Origin: an uncultured Bacteroidota bacterium
GTDB lineage: Bacteria; Bacteroidota; Ignavibacteria; UBA10030; UBA6906
DNA: 64,000 nucleotides
Direction: 5' to 3'
NCBI GenBank assembly: GCA_963700635.1
Contig: CAVOYH010000003.1
Span: forward strand, 416,001 to 480,000
This document shows positions 30,226-40,006 of the stretch, piece by piece. The position numbers and the translations under genes were made by a program. The notes beneath the pieces were generated by a model. It had not been told where the DNA came from. It saw only the letters and a program-made list of their open reading frames with translations, and made no database searches. The first letter of the stretch is position 1; the number at the start of each line of letters is the position of its first letter.

Positions 30226-32241
30226 CTAGAGTTCGTTGGTGCTATTCATGACTCGCTGAACCTCTTCCGGCAACACGCCCGGCCAACCGCCGCGTCGTGT
30301 GCCTTCTCGAACAATCGTCGTCAGCAACTCATCAAACCCTTCCGGTTTTTCCGGGAAACGATGCGCATTGTCGGACCACATGTTCTGTCCTTTGTTGAGG
30401 AATATCACTCCCGGATGCGTTTGTGCCCAAACTACGTTGCCGGTCACCACCGCGCCGTCAACATTGTCATCCAGGTAGATTGCAAACACCCACTTCTGCC
30501 CCTCGATCGAGGTGTTCCCTCGTTTCATGAGGTTGCTGTAGTAGAGGTTTCCCATTCCGGTCGACCAGGAATAGAGCGGAGCACCGTCACTCAGCACTTC
30601 CAGATAGTCGATAATGATATTGTGATGAACTTTGTTGTCTGTCGAATGGAGATACGGTTTGAAAGTTTCCCGGGTGAACCGGGAAGCCCGTCCGTCCGGG
30701 AAGTCCTCCCAGCGAGTGAAGTATTGCGCTCGTGCTTTCCCGTATGCATCCACACCGCCGGGGTCGGTGAGATCCACGTTGTTTGACCTGGGATCTCCGT
30801 TGTAGGCATCCCAGTTGGCGCCGCAAATCTGGACACCGACATAGGGAACATGATTGATGATGTTGAAGGAGATGTCGTTCGAACCGGCCTGATAGACCGT
30901 TACGGCTGCGGAATGCAGGTATCCACCCGTGCCGGTGTGATGAATATGGTTGTGCGATATGGTGTTTTTTCTGTTCACATCCTTGAGTCCGGGTCCGTAC
31001 CCCTGCAGAAGGACGCCGCCGCACCCCATGTGGCCCATCTCGTTGTGAAGAACGGCGATATTTTGCGCATACTTCTCGAGATCAACCGCGTAGCTGCCGC
31101 TCCACAGAAACGTGCAATGTGAAATCCGGACGTGCTCTGCATCCTCCACGGAGATCATTGCGTCAGGTAATTCTGCCTGCCGTTTTATCCATTCTTCAGG
31201 CCAGACGTCTTCGGGCATTCGATCTGTGTATCTGAACTCGATTCCACGTATGTGAATATTACGTACCAGTCCACTGCCCTCTTCGTCGCCTTGTATGTGA
31301 ATCAAACGATAGAGTACCGGCGCGATGATTTCGTCACCGGGTTGAATTGTCCCTGAGGTGGGAAACAGATAGACCTTGCCCTCCGAACTGTCGATCGCCC
31401 ACTCGCCGGGCTCATCAATATACCCTACAGAGTTGAGGAGATTGTAATTCCCCTCCAGGAACGAATCGGCCCAAAACGTGGTGGGATTCTTGCTGTGCCG
31501 GTACGCGGTCGACCGGGCGGGATCAATTCCCCGGAGAACGGAGAGGGTGTTCCAGAAATTTACAGGCAGCAGATTCATTTCAATCTGCCCGTCCATCCCC
31601 TCCAGGTTGTCCAGTTCCCCCTCCCTGAAGACAAGTTGCTGCCCCCCTTCTCCAACCGGGCCAATGTGCACCGGTTTCGGCCATTGAAACCACTCATCTG
31701 TATTGTAAAGTCTCGCGAGCCGTTGCGGTACACCGTTGACGTACAGAAAATGGAATTTCCATCCCTTCCTGACCGAGGCGACGTAGATCCGCCCGGCGAG
31801 CTCTTGCCGCATGCCTTTTACTCTCCCGGTCAACAGCTCCCATCCCTCGACAAGTTTCCCACCCATCACCACTGCCTTTTCGCCGGGGTACGCGGCATAG
31901 ACAATCGGCGCACTCTCCTCGCCTGAATCTTCCGGACGCAGCGTAAACGTCTCATCCCTGAAGTGTCGTCCCTCTCTGAGGAACACGGTCACACCCCCGC
32001 CGGGAAGTTTTCCCGTGCGTTTTAGCGACCGGATTTCATCTCGCGCCCGTTCGAGCGTCCGGAAGGGCCTTTCGAGCGTGCCCGGATTGTTGTCGTCCCC
32101 TGCCGGAGCCACATAAAACCTATCCCTCACTTCCACGGTCCCGCTGCAGGCTGTCAGAAAGAGGCTTATCCCGACCACGAGAATGCGAGTCATTGTCCGT
32201 CTGATCATGGTGGTGTACCTCCAATAGTGCTCATGGTTCAT
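30226..32241 (-). CDS. Right-handed beta-helix lipoprotein (GH141-like)
   Basis: Lipobox LTAC; FYVAP.GDD.NPGT..PF.TL, DEPGEW, DGAP.Y and IYLDD motifs. Confidence 0.75.
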   Translation of the reverse strand: MNHEHYWRYTTMIRRTMTRILVVGISLFLTACSGTVEVRDRFYVAPAGDDNNPGTLERPFRTLERARDEIRSLKRTGKLPGGGVTVFLREGRHFRDETFTLRPEDSGEESAPIVYAAYPGEKAVVMGGKLVEGWELLTGRVKGMRQELAGRIYVASVRKGWKFHFLYVNGVPQRLARLYNTDEWFQWPKPVHIGPVGEGGQQLVFREGELDNLEGMDGQIEMNLLPVNFWNTLSVLRGIDPARSTAYRHSKNPTTFWADSFLEGNYNLLNSVGYIDEPGEWAIDSSEGKVYLFPTSGTIQPGDEIIAPVLYRLIHIQGDEEGSGLVRNIHIRGIEFRYTDRMPEDVWPEEWIKRQAELPDAMISVEDAEHVRISHCTFLWSGSYAVDLEKYAQNIAVLHNEMGHMGCGGVLLQGYGPGLKDVNRKNTISHNHIHHTGTGGYLHSAAVTVYQAGSNDISFNIINHVPYVGVQICGANWDAYNGDPRSNNVDLTDPGGVDAYGKARAQYFTRWEDFPDGRASRFTRETFKPYLHSTDNKVHHNIIIDYLEVLSDGAPLYSWSTGMGNLYYSNLMKRGNTSIEGQKWVFAIYLDDNVDGAVVTGNVVWAQTHPGVIFLNKGQNMWSDNAHRFPEKPEGFDELLTTIVREGTRRGGWPGVLPEEVQRVMNSTNEL

Positions 32242-33872
32242 CCCGATGCCGGGATTCCCGTTGTTCGTGTTTCCAGCTCATTCCGTATTAATTCGACACG
32301 GGAACGGGTGAGCGGGTAGAAGAGGATGACCACAATGCCAATCAGAAACCCGACCGGCTGTGTGATCACCAGGGCAAGCATCCAATACTGGATGGTCTCG
32401 GGCGACTGCAGGATCAGGGCGGCATTAAACCCGGATGCTACCAGCAGAACACCCTGAAACAGCAGCGAGACTGACCACGCGATCTTTTCGGTGCTGGTGT
32501 ACACGGCCCCGTAGAATCCCTCCCGCCGTTTTCCACATTGTAATTCATCATAATCGCATATGTCCGCGATCATGGAGTTGGTAATCATCGGCATGGTGTT
32601 GGTGAAGACTCCGATCAATATGCCTGTCACAACACTGGGCCACTGCATGAAGAGTGTCCAGGAGGATCCGCCGAAGGAAAAGCTGTATCTGATGAAAGAT
32701 TCTTCGCTGTTCGTGAACGTAAGCAGGAGCGACGCATAGGCCACTGCGCTCATCGCAAGCATGAGCACAAGTGTCATCTTTTTTCCCATACGGGCGGAGA
32801 GGGAAGCCAGCGGTGCCATGGCCAGAAAACTGGCGATGTTGATCGTGTTAAAGAACACCGCAAGGAGCGCAGCCCCGGCAAGCTGCTCTCCCCTGCCGAT
32901 ATGGTACACAAAGACGTAATAGAAGAATATCCCCGTCACAGCCATACCAAAGCGTGCAACAAAGTTGCTTGCGACCAGAAGCAGAAAAGGTCTGTTGCCG
33001 AGAGTCAACCGGACGGCATCACGCAGGCGAACCTTCGGCTCCTGCCTTGGTACCACGACCCGTTCTCTGCAAAAGAGCGAAGGAATTCCCGTGGCCAGGA
33101 TGACGATCGCAACGATGACGGCAACGGGGAAAACTCCCTGTGATCCTCGCAGCACCTGGGCCTGATCGCCTTCGAACCACATGCAGAGCGGCATCAGCCA
33201 CGGCGTCATAAATCCTGCTCCGGCAAAAAAGACGAAACGCCATTTGAAGAGATGAGTCCGTTCATCATAATCGGTGGTCATCTCGTATCCCATGGCGTAA
33301 TGCGGCACATTGAACAGCGTATACCCCAGCGCCATCAACAGCGTGATCATGAGTGTCAGGTAGAGGAATATCCGCCATTCCGATTCGATGGACCTTCCGG
33401 CGGTTCTCCACCACGAATCCTGCTCACGGGGCTCCGGTCCCGTGATGGAATCGTCGGTGGAAGGCGGGTCGGGACTCGCACTGTCAACAGTGGCTTCTCC
33501 CGGTGCGATGCTGGACTGTTGTGATACGGCGTTTTGTGGCGGCGCAGTCCAGAGCAGCACGCTCGAGGCGGAGCATATCAGAAGTCCGGCCAGCAACCAG
33601 GGACGGCGGCGGCCCCATCGCGAGCGGCTGTTATCTGAAAGATGGCCAATCAGCGGGTCCGTGAGTGAATCCAGGAGCCTGGGAATCGCACAGGCAAGAC
33701 CCACCAGCACGGCATTCACGCCGAGTGCGTTAACATAGACCGCGTTGACCATGCTGAAGACGCCATAAAGGATGGTGGCATCAGTGAAGCCTCCCAGCCC
33801 CCACATGAACCGCTTGTGACGTGGAACCTGATGAGTTGTTGTCCCATTCCCTCGGTGGCGATCTTTCACCAT
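32238..33872 (-). CDS. MFS glycoside-pentoside-hexuronide (GPH) transporter
   Basis: DPLIG.LSD.SRSRWGRRRPW, EMT.DY.ERT and ADICDYDE...RREG motifs. Confidence 0.88.
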   Translation of the reverse strand: MVKDRHRGNGTTTHQVPRHKRFMWGLGGFTDATILYGVFSMVNAVYVNALGVNAVLVGLACAIPRLLDSLTDPLIGHLSDNSRSRWGRRRPWLLAGLLICSASSVLLWTAPPQNAVSQQSSIAPGEATVDSASPDPPSTDDSITGPEPREQDSWWRTAGRSIESEWRIFLYLTLMITLLMALGYTLFNVPHYAMGYEMTTDYDERTHLFKWRFVFFAGAGFMTPWLMPLCMWFEGDQAQVLRGSQGVFPVAVIVAIVILATGIPSLFCRERVVVPRQEPKVRLRDAVRLTLGNRPFLLLVASNFVARFGMAVTGIFFYYVFVYHIGRGEQLAGAALLAVFFNTINIASFLAMAPLASLSARMGKKMTLVLMLAMSAVAYASLLLTFTNSEESFIRYSFSFGGSSWTLFMQWPSVVTGILIGVFTNTMPMITNSMIADICDYDELQCGKRREGFYGAVYTSTEKIAWSVSLLFQGVLLVASGFNAALILQSPETIQYWMLALVITQPVGFLIGIVVILFYPLTRSRVELIRNELETRTTGIPASG

Positions 33873-33965
33873 GGTATTGTTTCCGGGAGTTGCTTTGGGG
33901 GGACTGCTGCCGTCGTACGTTCCGGGCTTTGTACAACCGACCCTTCGTTACGCTTTTGCTCCTAC

Positions 33966-34973
33966 CTAAAACAGTAATGGATATCGTCCGAACGCCTGGA
34001 AAGCCTCGCACATGATCCGGGTGTTCTCCTCAGGAATCCGGATTGCTTCCGGCTGGGGATAGGTCTTCGCCATGAACCCCCCACCCGTACTTCCGAAGGC
34101 CTTCATCAGGTGTTTGGCCTTCGCAGTTATCTCTTCAGGTGACCCCACCGGAAGTGTCGTCTGGATATCAACCGGACAGAAGAAACAGAGACGTCCGGCG
34201 AAGCGACGGGCCAGTTCATCAATGCCCATGTTGTCTTGCTGGTCGATCTGGAGAACGTCAACACCAATGTCAATAAAGTCTTCAATGATATTGATAATGT
34301 CGCCGCAACTATGGAGGAAGAAGTGCATCTTACGGGCATGACATGCGCCGACGACGGCAGCCATGCGTGATTTGAATACTTCCCGCCACAAATCAGGCGC
34401 AATGATCAAACGGTGCTGCAGACCCAGGTCTTCAATGGCTATCATGCCATTCGCGCCACGATCCGCAAAACTGTCAACCATGCGTAAACAGCTGTGCATC
34501 AACCGATCCGCCATCAGGGTTACTGCCCCGCGCTCCTTGAGAAGTGCAACCATCAGATGCTCGAACCCGAAGAGGTCCAGCATCTGTTGAAAAAGAAAAT
34601 GCGGAAACATCCCGAGGATGTATTTGTCGGGATTATGGCGGACAGTTTTCTCAAATGTGTCAAACCGGGCGGGTTGGCTGAAATCTGGCAGCTGATATGA
34701 TTGCACGCATGCAGGGTCCGACAGCGGAAACTCCGTAGCTTCTCCGAAGGTGGCTCCCGGACGATGGTACACAACTCCGAACTCATCCATGTACCGGTCG
34801 TTTCCCAGCGGGCGAGGGAAGACATCCCCGGCAGGCGCGGAAAACACCCACTCAAAGTCATCACCGTATCGTGCGGCAGTGACCGGTGTGCGGTTACTGT
34901 CAAAGTTGTACGGTATCCGATCTGGAGCGCGAAACTCGATGGCTCGCGTCACCAGGTCTTTGGAACTGGGCAT
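33966..34973 (-). CDS. Uroporphyrinogen decarboxylase-family (UroD/MtaA-like) protein
   Basis: PDRIP, DEFGV, EDLG.Q, HSCG.I and VDIQ.TLP.G motifs. Confidence 0.8.
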   Translation of the reverse strand: MPSSKDLVTRAIEFRAPDRIPYNFDSNRTPVTAARYGDDFEWVFSAPAGDVFPRPLGNDRYMDEFGVVYHRPGATFGEATEFPLSDPACVQSYQLPDFSQPARFDTFEKTVRHNPDKYILGMFPHFLFQQMLDLFGFEHLMVALLKERGAVTLMADRLMHSCLRMVDSFADRGANGMIAIEDLGLQHRLIIAPDLWREVFKSRMAAVVGACHARKMHFFLHSCGDIINIIEDFIDIGVDVLQIDQQDNMGIDELARRFAGRLCFFCPVDIQTTLPVGSPEEITAKAKHLMKAFGSTGGGFMAKTYPQPEAIRIPEENTRIMCEAFQAFGRYPLLF

Positions 34974-35043
34974 GTGAGGGGATATCCGGGTGGATGCAGT
35001 TAACTTATGCCAGCGAAGGATAAATAGCAAGCTCCCCGACAGA

Positions 35044-35096
35044 CGCCGGTGTGCGGGGATTTAGTCGGGTCGACTCCCGCACACCACATCCCGGCG
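35044..35096. repeat. Intergenic inverted repeat
   Basis: GGTGTGCGGG (35048-57) and CCCGCACACC (35076-85), with outer CGCCGG/CCGGCG. Confidence 0.6.
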
Positions 35097-35120
35097 CCAT
35101 GAAGGTGCGCACATTCGAGG

Positions 35121-35876
35121 TCAGCGTTCGGCTATGACCAGCATCTCAAAATCTTCGGTTGTAAGAACGTCTTCCCTGGAGAATGCCCCGAGCCTTGCTC
35201 CATAAATGTTTATCGTTTTGAAATCCAGGGACTTTAGCAACCAGGTTATCTCGGAGGGGACATAATATCGTTCATTACATTCCAGGGTCCGTGTTTCCCC
35301 GGCATCATCGGTGAATGTGGTCAGGTTGTGGTCACGAAAAGTCATCAGGTCAAAGGTGTTCTTGTCGTACGAAGCGTTGCCTTCTTCTGCCGGGGCAGCA
35401 AGAAAGTCCTTCACCGAGTGGAACAGAGGGAAGAGGCCGTTCAGGGTCGTCATGATCAATTTCCCGTTACGCTTCAAAGCCCGGGAAGCATTCTGAAGTA
35501 TCAAATAGTTCATTTCGTCTGTTTCCATGAGGGGGAAGGCCCCTTCACAGATCATCATCGCCAGGTCAAATTCTGCGGTAAATGGCAGCTGTCTTGCATC
35601 ATGCTTTTGAAAGTCGATCGACAGCTTTTGCCCGGCGGCTTTTTCTCTCGCCCTCAGGAGCATTGAGTCGGAGAGATCGATCCCGGTCACGGTGTAGCCC
35701 CGTTTTGCTAATTCAATCGAGTGCCGGCCCGTACCGCAACCGATGTCCAGTATCCGGGTTTGCTTATTAAATCCGATCTCCTTTTCCAGGAAATCACATT
35801 CTCCGAGAGTCCCATGGGCAAAAGACTCGTTATCATACTTTTGTCCGTAATTACTAAAGAAGAGTTCATACCACAT
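35121..35876 (-). CDS. Class I SAM-dependent methyltransferase
   Basis: ILDIGCGTGRH and GIDLS motifs. Confidence 0.9.
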   Translation of the reverse strand: MWYELFFSNYGQKYDNESFAHGTLGECDFLEKEIGFNKQTRILDIGCGTGRHSIELAKRGYTVTGIDLSDSMLLRAREKAAGQKLSIDFQKHDARQLPFTAEFDLAMMICEGAFPLMETDEMNYLILQNASRALKRNGKLIMTTLNGLFPLFHSVKDFLAAPAEEGNASYDKNTFDLMTFRDHNLTTFTDDAGETRTLECNERYYVPSEITWLLKSLDFKTINIYGARLGAFSREDVLTTEDFEMLVIAER

Positions 35877-35986
35877 TGTCAGAATTCCAGAATTGTTTTT
35901 TGTCCGGGTACTACGTCGCCGAACGACCGAGCGCTGATACGTTTATGTCCGTTGCGCCAAAGCGATGAGGATGTAATCCGGATGAC

Positions 35987-36625
35987 TTATGCGTTCCTTC
36001 CGTTCATTCGATTTCCCAACAGCAGCAGTCGCGTACTTAACGCAATGATATACAGACCCACTGCCGGCCCTGCATCGAACAGATCGCGCGTATCGGGCGG
36101 CCAGGGGAATGTCATCACATTCAGGACCATGAGCAGTATTCCAAGAAGTGCGGCAGGGACACTCCACCAGAGTCCAAAATGAGAATTTCCCTTCAGCGCG
36201 ATCGCGAGGAGCACCAGCGCAGTACCGATAAACAGGTCCCACGCGACATCAATGCCCATGTCTACCAGTCTGATCGATCGTCGTATGAGTTGCAGGAATT
36301 CCTGTTCGTTCGCCGGCGAACGCTCAATATACTCCTGAATGCCAGCCCGCACCGCGAGTTGCGATGACATCATCGCGGCAACAAGCGCAAACGCAAGACA
36401 GGCAAACACAAAGGCCAACTCGTTGGTTGCGCTCTGTTTTTCAAGTCCAATACAGCGAAAGAGTGAGTACACAAAGACGATTGACAGGATCGGCCATGCC
36501 ATGGCGAAGACATATGTGGCAATCTGAGGCAATGGCACGGTAATCGCTATGACGTAACACACTGTCCCTGCGATCCCGCATAGACCCCCGACAATGAAGA
36601 GACGCGAATACTCATGAGAGCTCAT
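35987..36625 (-). CDS. Hypothetical membrane protein
   Basis: About 6 hydrophobic segments. Confidence 0.65.
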   Translation of the reverse strand: MSSHEYSRLFIVGGLCGIAGTVCYVIAITVPLPQIATYVFAMAWPILSIVFVYSLFRCIGLEKQSATNELAFVFACLAFALVAAMMSSQLAVRAGIQEYIERSPANEQEFLQLIRRSIRLVDMGIDVAWDLFIGTALVLLAIALKGNSHFGLWWSVPAALLGILLMVLNVMTFPWPPDTRDLFDAGPAVGLYIIALSTRLLLLGNRMNGRNA

Positions 36626-37259
36626 CGTTCGTGTTCTCCGAACTGTTGGTGGTTTCAGGGAAGCCGGTGAACCGTTTCAAGACACTCAGGATGGAAACCA
36701 GCGATAGTGTTATCGCAGCACCCAGGAACGCCCATGTGGAGAAGCTTCCTAGGATTTGCTCTATGTGGAACAGGTCACCACGAGAGCCGGAAAGAAATGC
36801 AATAGACTCGCACACAAGATCAAACGCGGGCCTCAGGCACAGCAGCATGAAAACGAAACCGAGGGAAAAAGCTCTCCTGGGAAAACCCCGCCGGAGAACC
36901 AGTATGCCTGTAATAAGACACACGACATCCAGCATGTACGGAGAAGATGTCATAATGAGTTGTTGCCAGCTGTGGGTGAGGCCAACCGGAGTGATCCATG
37001 CCCTCCCGAACTCGCCGACCCAGAAACTTGGAATCAGCTTCATGTAGGTAACCTGACCACCAACCAGGTATGTTGCACCGGCGTGGCTCAACTCATGCAG
37101 GGGCGCGTAGGTAAGATACCACAGAATAGGGATGCTCAGGAGAGAGGGGATGGTAGCGCGTAGAGGCCAGTTTCCCCTCAGATACAGAAAAAGCAGAGGC
37201 GTGACGACCACCACCAGGATCTCGGACGTAATCAGCAACTGGTTATTCACGAGCCACAT
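36612..37259 (-). CDS. Membrane protein with HExxH motif (M50-like zinc peptidase)
   Basis: PLHELSHA and a downstream GD motif among transmembrane helices. Confidence 0.55.
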   Translation of the reverse strand: MWLVNNQLLITSEILVVVVTPLLFLYLRGNWPLRATIPSLLSIPILWYLTYAPLHELSHAGATYLVGGQVTYMKLIPSFWVGEFGRAWITPVGLTHSWQQLIMTSSPYMLDVVCLITGILVLRRGFPRRAFSLGFVFMLLCLRPAFDLVCESIAFLSGSRGDLFHIEQILGSFSTWAFLGAAITLSLVSILSVLKRFTGFPETTNSSENTNDELS

Positions 37260-37314
37260 TCCTTCAATCTCAATTCCGATTGATTACTCCCCGGGCCGCT
37301 ACCACCTTGCCGTC

Positions 37315-38580
37315 CTAGAAGTTGAACTGGGTCCTGATTCCAATCAGTGACAGATCCACGGGCAGACCTTGAGCATGCCGGAGGTATTGCACATGGGTCG
37401 TTACATGCACCCATTTGTTGAGGTGATACCGCATGTAGAATTCAAAGAGCAGTTCATTCATCAGCGTTGCACTCGCAGGAGATGTTTCACCGTACGCCGC
37501 GGAGAACACAAGTTTGTCTTCGGAAAGAGATGTGATAAGCCTCGCTCCCACACTCCACGCCTTGGCGATTCCGAACCAACGTGCAAGTTTGGGTTCATTG
37601 TGATTCCATCGCGCAAAGATGGATAGGCCCGCCGGCATGTTCTGATCAAAACTCAAACCGTACCCATTCCCGTTCTCCGCTGACGGATGGAGATACCCAT
37701 ATATCCTTACATTGGCCTCATAGTCGTCATCCGGAAACACTTTAAACCCAACGCTACCCATTTTTATGAGCTCATTCAGGACATTGTCACCAGAGTTATC
37801 TGCACTGGAAAGGCCGAATTGAAGGTAGATACGGGAGAGCAGAGTCGATCGGACGCGTATGCCCGGTGTACTGCCCGGGGCCGGGAGTGCAGCACTGTTA
37901 ACAAACGCAGCGCTGATGAACTGGGACGTTTCGTCGTTAGCCACGCCGTTGTTATCGAAGTAATTTGTGAGATCGATCTTCCCGGCCGTCAGCGTCAGGT
38001 CCTCCTGCAGAAGGGAGAATTCCACCCACGCTTCACCGACCGTAAGACGGTCAAACCCGTCGTTGTCCTGGGTTGACCCGCCATCGGCATTAAGGGGCGT
38101 TAATGCACCGACGTGCTGGTCAGGTCCGTTTCCTCCGATTGCCTCGAAATCGAAAAAGAGCAGGGAGTTGCCGCCGAGGCTTGTGTGGGCAAGGATATTG
38201 AGGGATCCCGTAGCCGTCGTGAACCTTCCCGCCGGACGGGGGTTCCATTGAAAGATTGACGTTGCTCCCCCGTTAAACCGTAATTGCCCCGGACGCGCTG
38301 TAATCGCCTTGAGAAGCGCGTCGACCCGCTTCCGTTTTGAGCGTTGATCTGCCGGGGCGTCCACATCCTCCCCCGATAACGAGGCGAGAAGTTCGCTGAG
38401 ATCGATTCCTTCCGCCAGGCGTTGTTTTACGGTTTGCAGTTCGCTATCAATGGTGCGAAACTGTTGCCGCAATGAGTCAAGTTGATTCTCTAACCCAACA
38501 GTGCGAAGAATCTGCAGAGTATCAACATCCTGCCCGATGGCGGAAGATGTGATCAGAGCTATCAAGATCAAGGTACGCAT
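37315..38580 (-). CDS. OprB-like outer-membrane porin with N-terminal coiled coil
   Basis: Signal peptide; EAW, GKIDL..YFD.N..ANDE..QF; terminal Phe. Confidence 0.7.
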   Translation of the reverse strand: MRTLILIALITSSAIGQDVDTLQILRTVGLENQLDSLRQQFRTIDSELQTVKQRLAEGIDLSELLASLSGEDVDAPADQRSKRKRVDALLKAITARPGQLRFNGGATSIFQWNPRPAGRFTTATGSLNILAHTSLGGNSLLFFDFEAIGGNGPDQHVGALTPLNADGGSTQDNDGFDRLTVGEAWVEFSLLQEDLTLTAGKIDLTNYFDNNGVANDETSQFISAAFVNSAALPAPGSTPGIRVRSTLLSRIYLQFGLSSADNSGDNVLNELIKMGSVGFKVFPDDDYEANVRIYGYLHPSAENGNGYGLSFDQNMPAGLSIFARWNHNEPKLARWFGIAKAWSVGARLITSLSEDKLVFSAAYGETSPASATLMNELLFEFYMRYHLNKWVHVTTHVQYLRHAQGLPVDLSLIGIRTQFNF

Positions 38581-38927
38581 AAGCATTCCCGGAAAGGCTG
38601 TATTTGACATTAATCTCTTTGAACTCACTACACCTGCCACAACACACCTCTATGCCTCTCCTCTTCAACACATGAGTGTGGACGCGGTGTTGCGTGTCAG
38701 GCGAAGCCGGTTGTTCATCGTGTGCGCGGTTTCTTCATATGCATACCCCGATCAAGACCCGGAGGCAGACCTTGAGGATATCGCGCAAACAACACAAACT
38801 CATTCCAAGGCCTGTCAGGATAATCGATGATTGGATCGTACGATCGGCTGCCTGCCGCGATCGGTCCACCAATGAGCCACATTCGTGACACCATGATCGG
38901 CTACAGCCCACCGGAGGACCCGTGCGA

Positions 38928-39503
38928 CTATTTCACCCGACGGTACGTCGTCTCGACCGCTTTTGCCTCCATCCCCTCAGGCGGGATATTATAGGCAGTG
39001 ATCGTCAGATGGTCATCATCCAGAAGTTCCACTTCCGTTCTCCAGCCCCATTTCGGTTGATGCTCACCAACGTCGTAGTCACCCCGTACGCTGAAGCCGC
39101 GTTCGGTAGCCTTGCCTTGCGAGAACATGATGGCGTAGTTCATGTGAAAGTCGTCCACCCATGAGGACTGAAACATATTAGTCACTGCGTTGAAGGCGAT
39201 CAACTCTTCGCCGTGTCGCGGTTTTCCCTGGATACTGCCTTCGTATGTGTGACGGAGAAACCGGCCTCCAAGGACTCCAGTGAACTCGCCGGTGACCTTC
39301 GACTCGTCAGCGAGCTTGCCCGGCTCGAACCAGGTTCGACAGTTCCCCTCCCATTTCCCCATCATGGACTGGAACAACGCTTTGTGCGGCATGGCTATCT
39401 CCTTGAGTGGAGTTGTTGGATCATTGTTCACTTCCTGTGCGCACGCAGAATTGCTGAATCCTATCAATGTCATTGTCAAGACCATGCGCTGGAGACTGTT
39501 CAT
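38928..39503 (-). CDS. DUF1579-family exported protein
   Basis: GGAGGAGG ribosome-binding site; GKWEG, LGGRFL and SSWVDDFH. Confidence 0.7.
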   Translation of the reverse strand: MNSLQRMVLTMTLIGFSNSACAQEVNNDPTTPLKEIAMPHKALFQSMMGKWEGNCRTWFEPGKLADESKVTGEFTGVLGGRFLRHTYEGSIQGKPRHGEELIAFNAVTNMFQSSWVDDFHMNYAIMFSQGKATERGFSVRGDYDVGEHQPKWGWRTEVELLDDDHLTITAYNIPPEGMEAKAVETTYRRVK

Positions 39504-39528
39504 GAAACCCCCTCCTCCCGGTGTATAC

Positions 39529-39939
39529 TTACATCTGTTGATGATAGAAGAACGTAAAAAGCAGAGTCTGGACAACGGCTATAAGCGCAAGCTGCCGGTA
39601 GAGACCGCCCAGTACCCGGATATCGTCAAAGGGCCATTTCTCAAGATGAGCGAAGTACGCCCGCCCGTCGATCGAAGCGAACGTCAGGATCGCGAGAACA
39701 GCCGGAAGAGGGTTGCCACTCCTGAAGCTGATATAGACAAGTCCACGGGCGGCAACATGAGGGAACAAGACCAATGCCCGCTCCAGTACCGACATCCAGG
39801 AAATACGTGTACTAAGAACTCCCCAGCCGATGATGAGCTTCCGCTCCACACCGAAGTACACAATGAGGATATAAACCTGGATTACGCCTATGGCAAGTGA
39901 TGCCAGGGTCGGGAGGAGTTTCTGAATCCTTGTATTCAT
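39529..39939 (-). CDS. Hypothetical membrane protein
   Basis: Hydrophobic ORF co-oriented with its neighbours; no recognisable motif. Confidence 0.4.
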   Translation of the reverse strand: MNTRIQKLLPTLASLAIGVIQVYILIVYFGVERKLIIGWGVLSTRISWMSVLERALVLFPHVAARGLVYISFRSGNPLPAVLAILTFASIDGRAYFAHLEKWPFDDIRVLGGLYRQLALIAVVQTLLFTFFYHQQM

Positions 39940-40006
39940 GACAGTCGCGTGCTCGTGTGCACCTTTGAGGGAAGTTTCACGAGACTATCCCGGGCGCCAT
40001 GATCAT

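Noticed and set aside
38634-38920. attC-like fragments at 38634-38703 and 38835-38918 (also 45120-45183)
   Set aside because: Too degenerate, with no matching complementary core; not called as features
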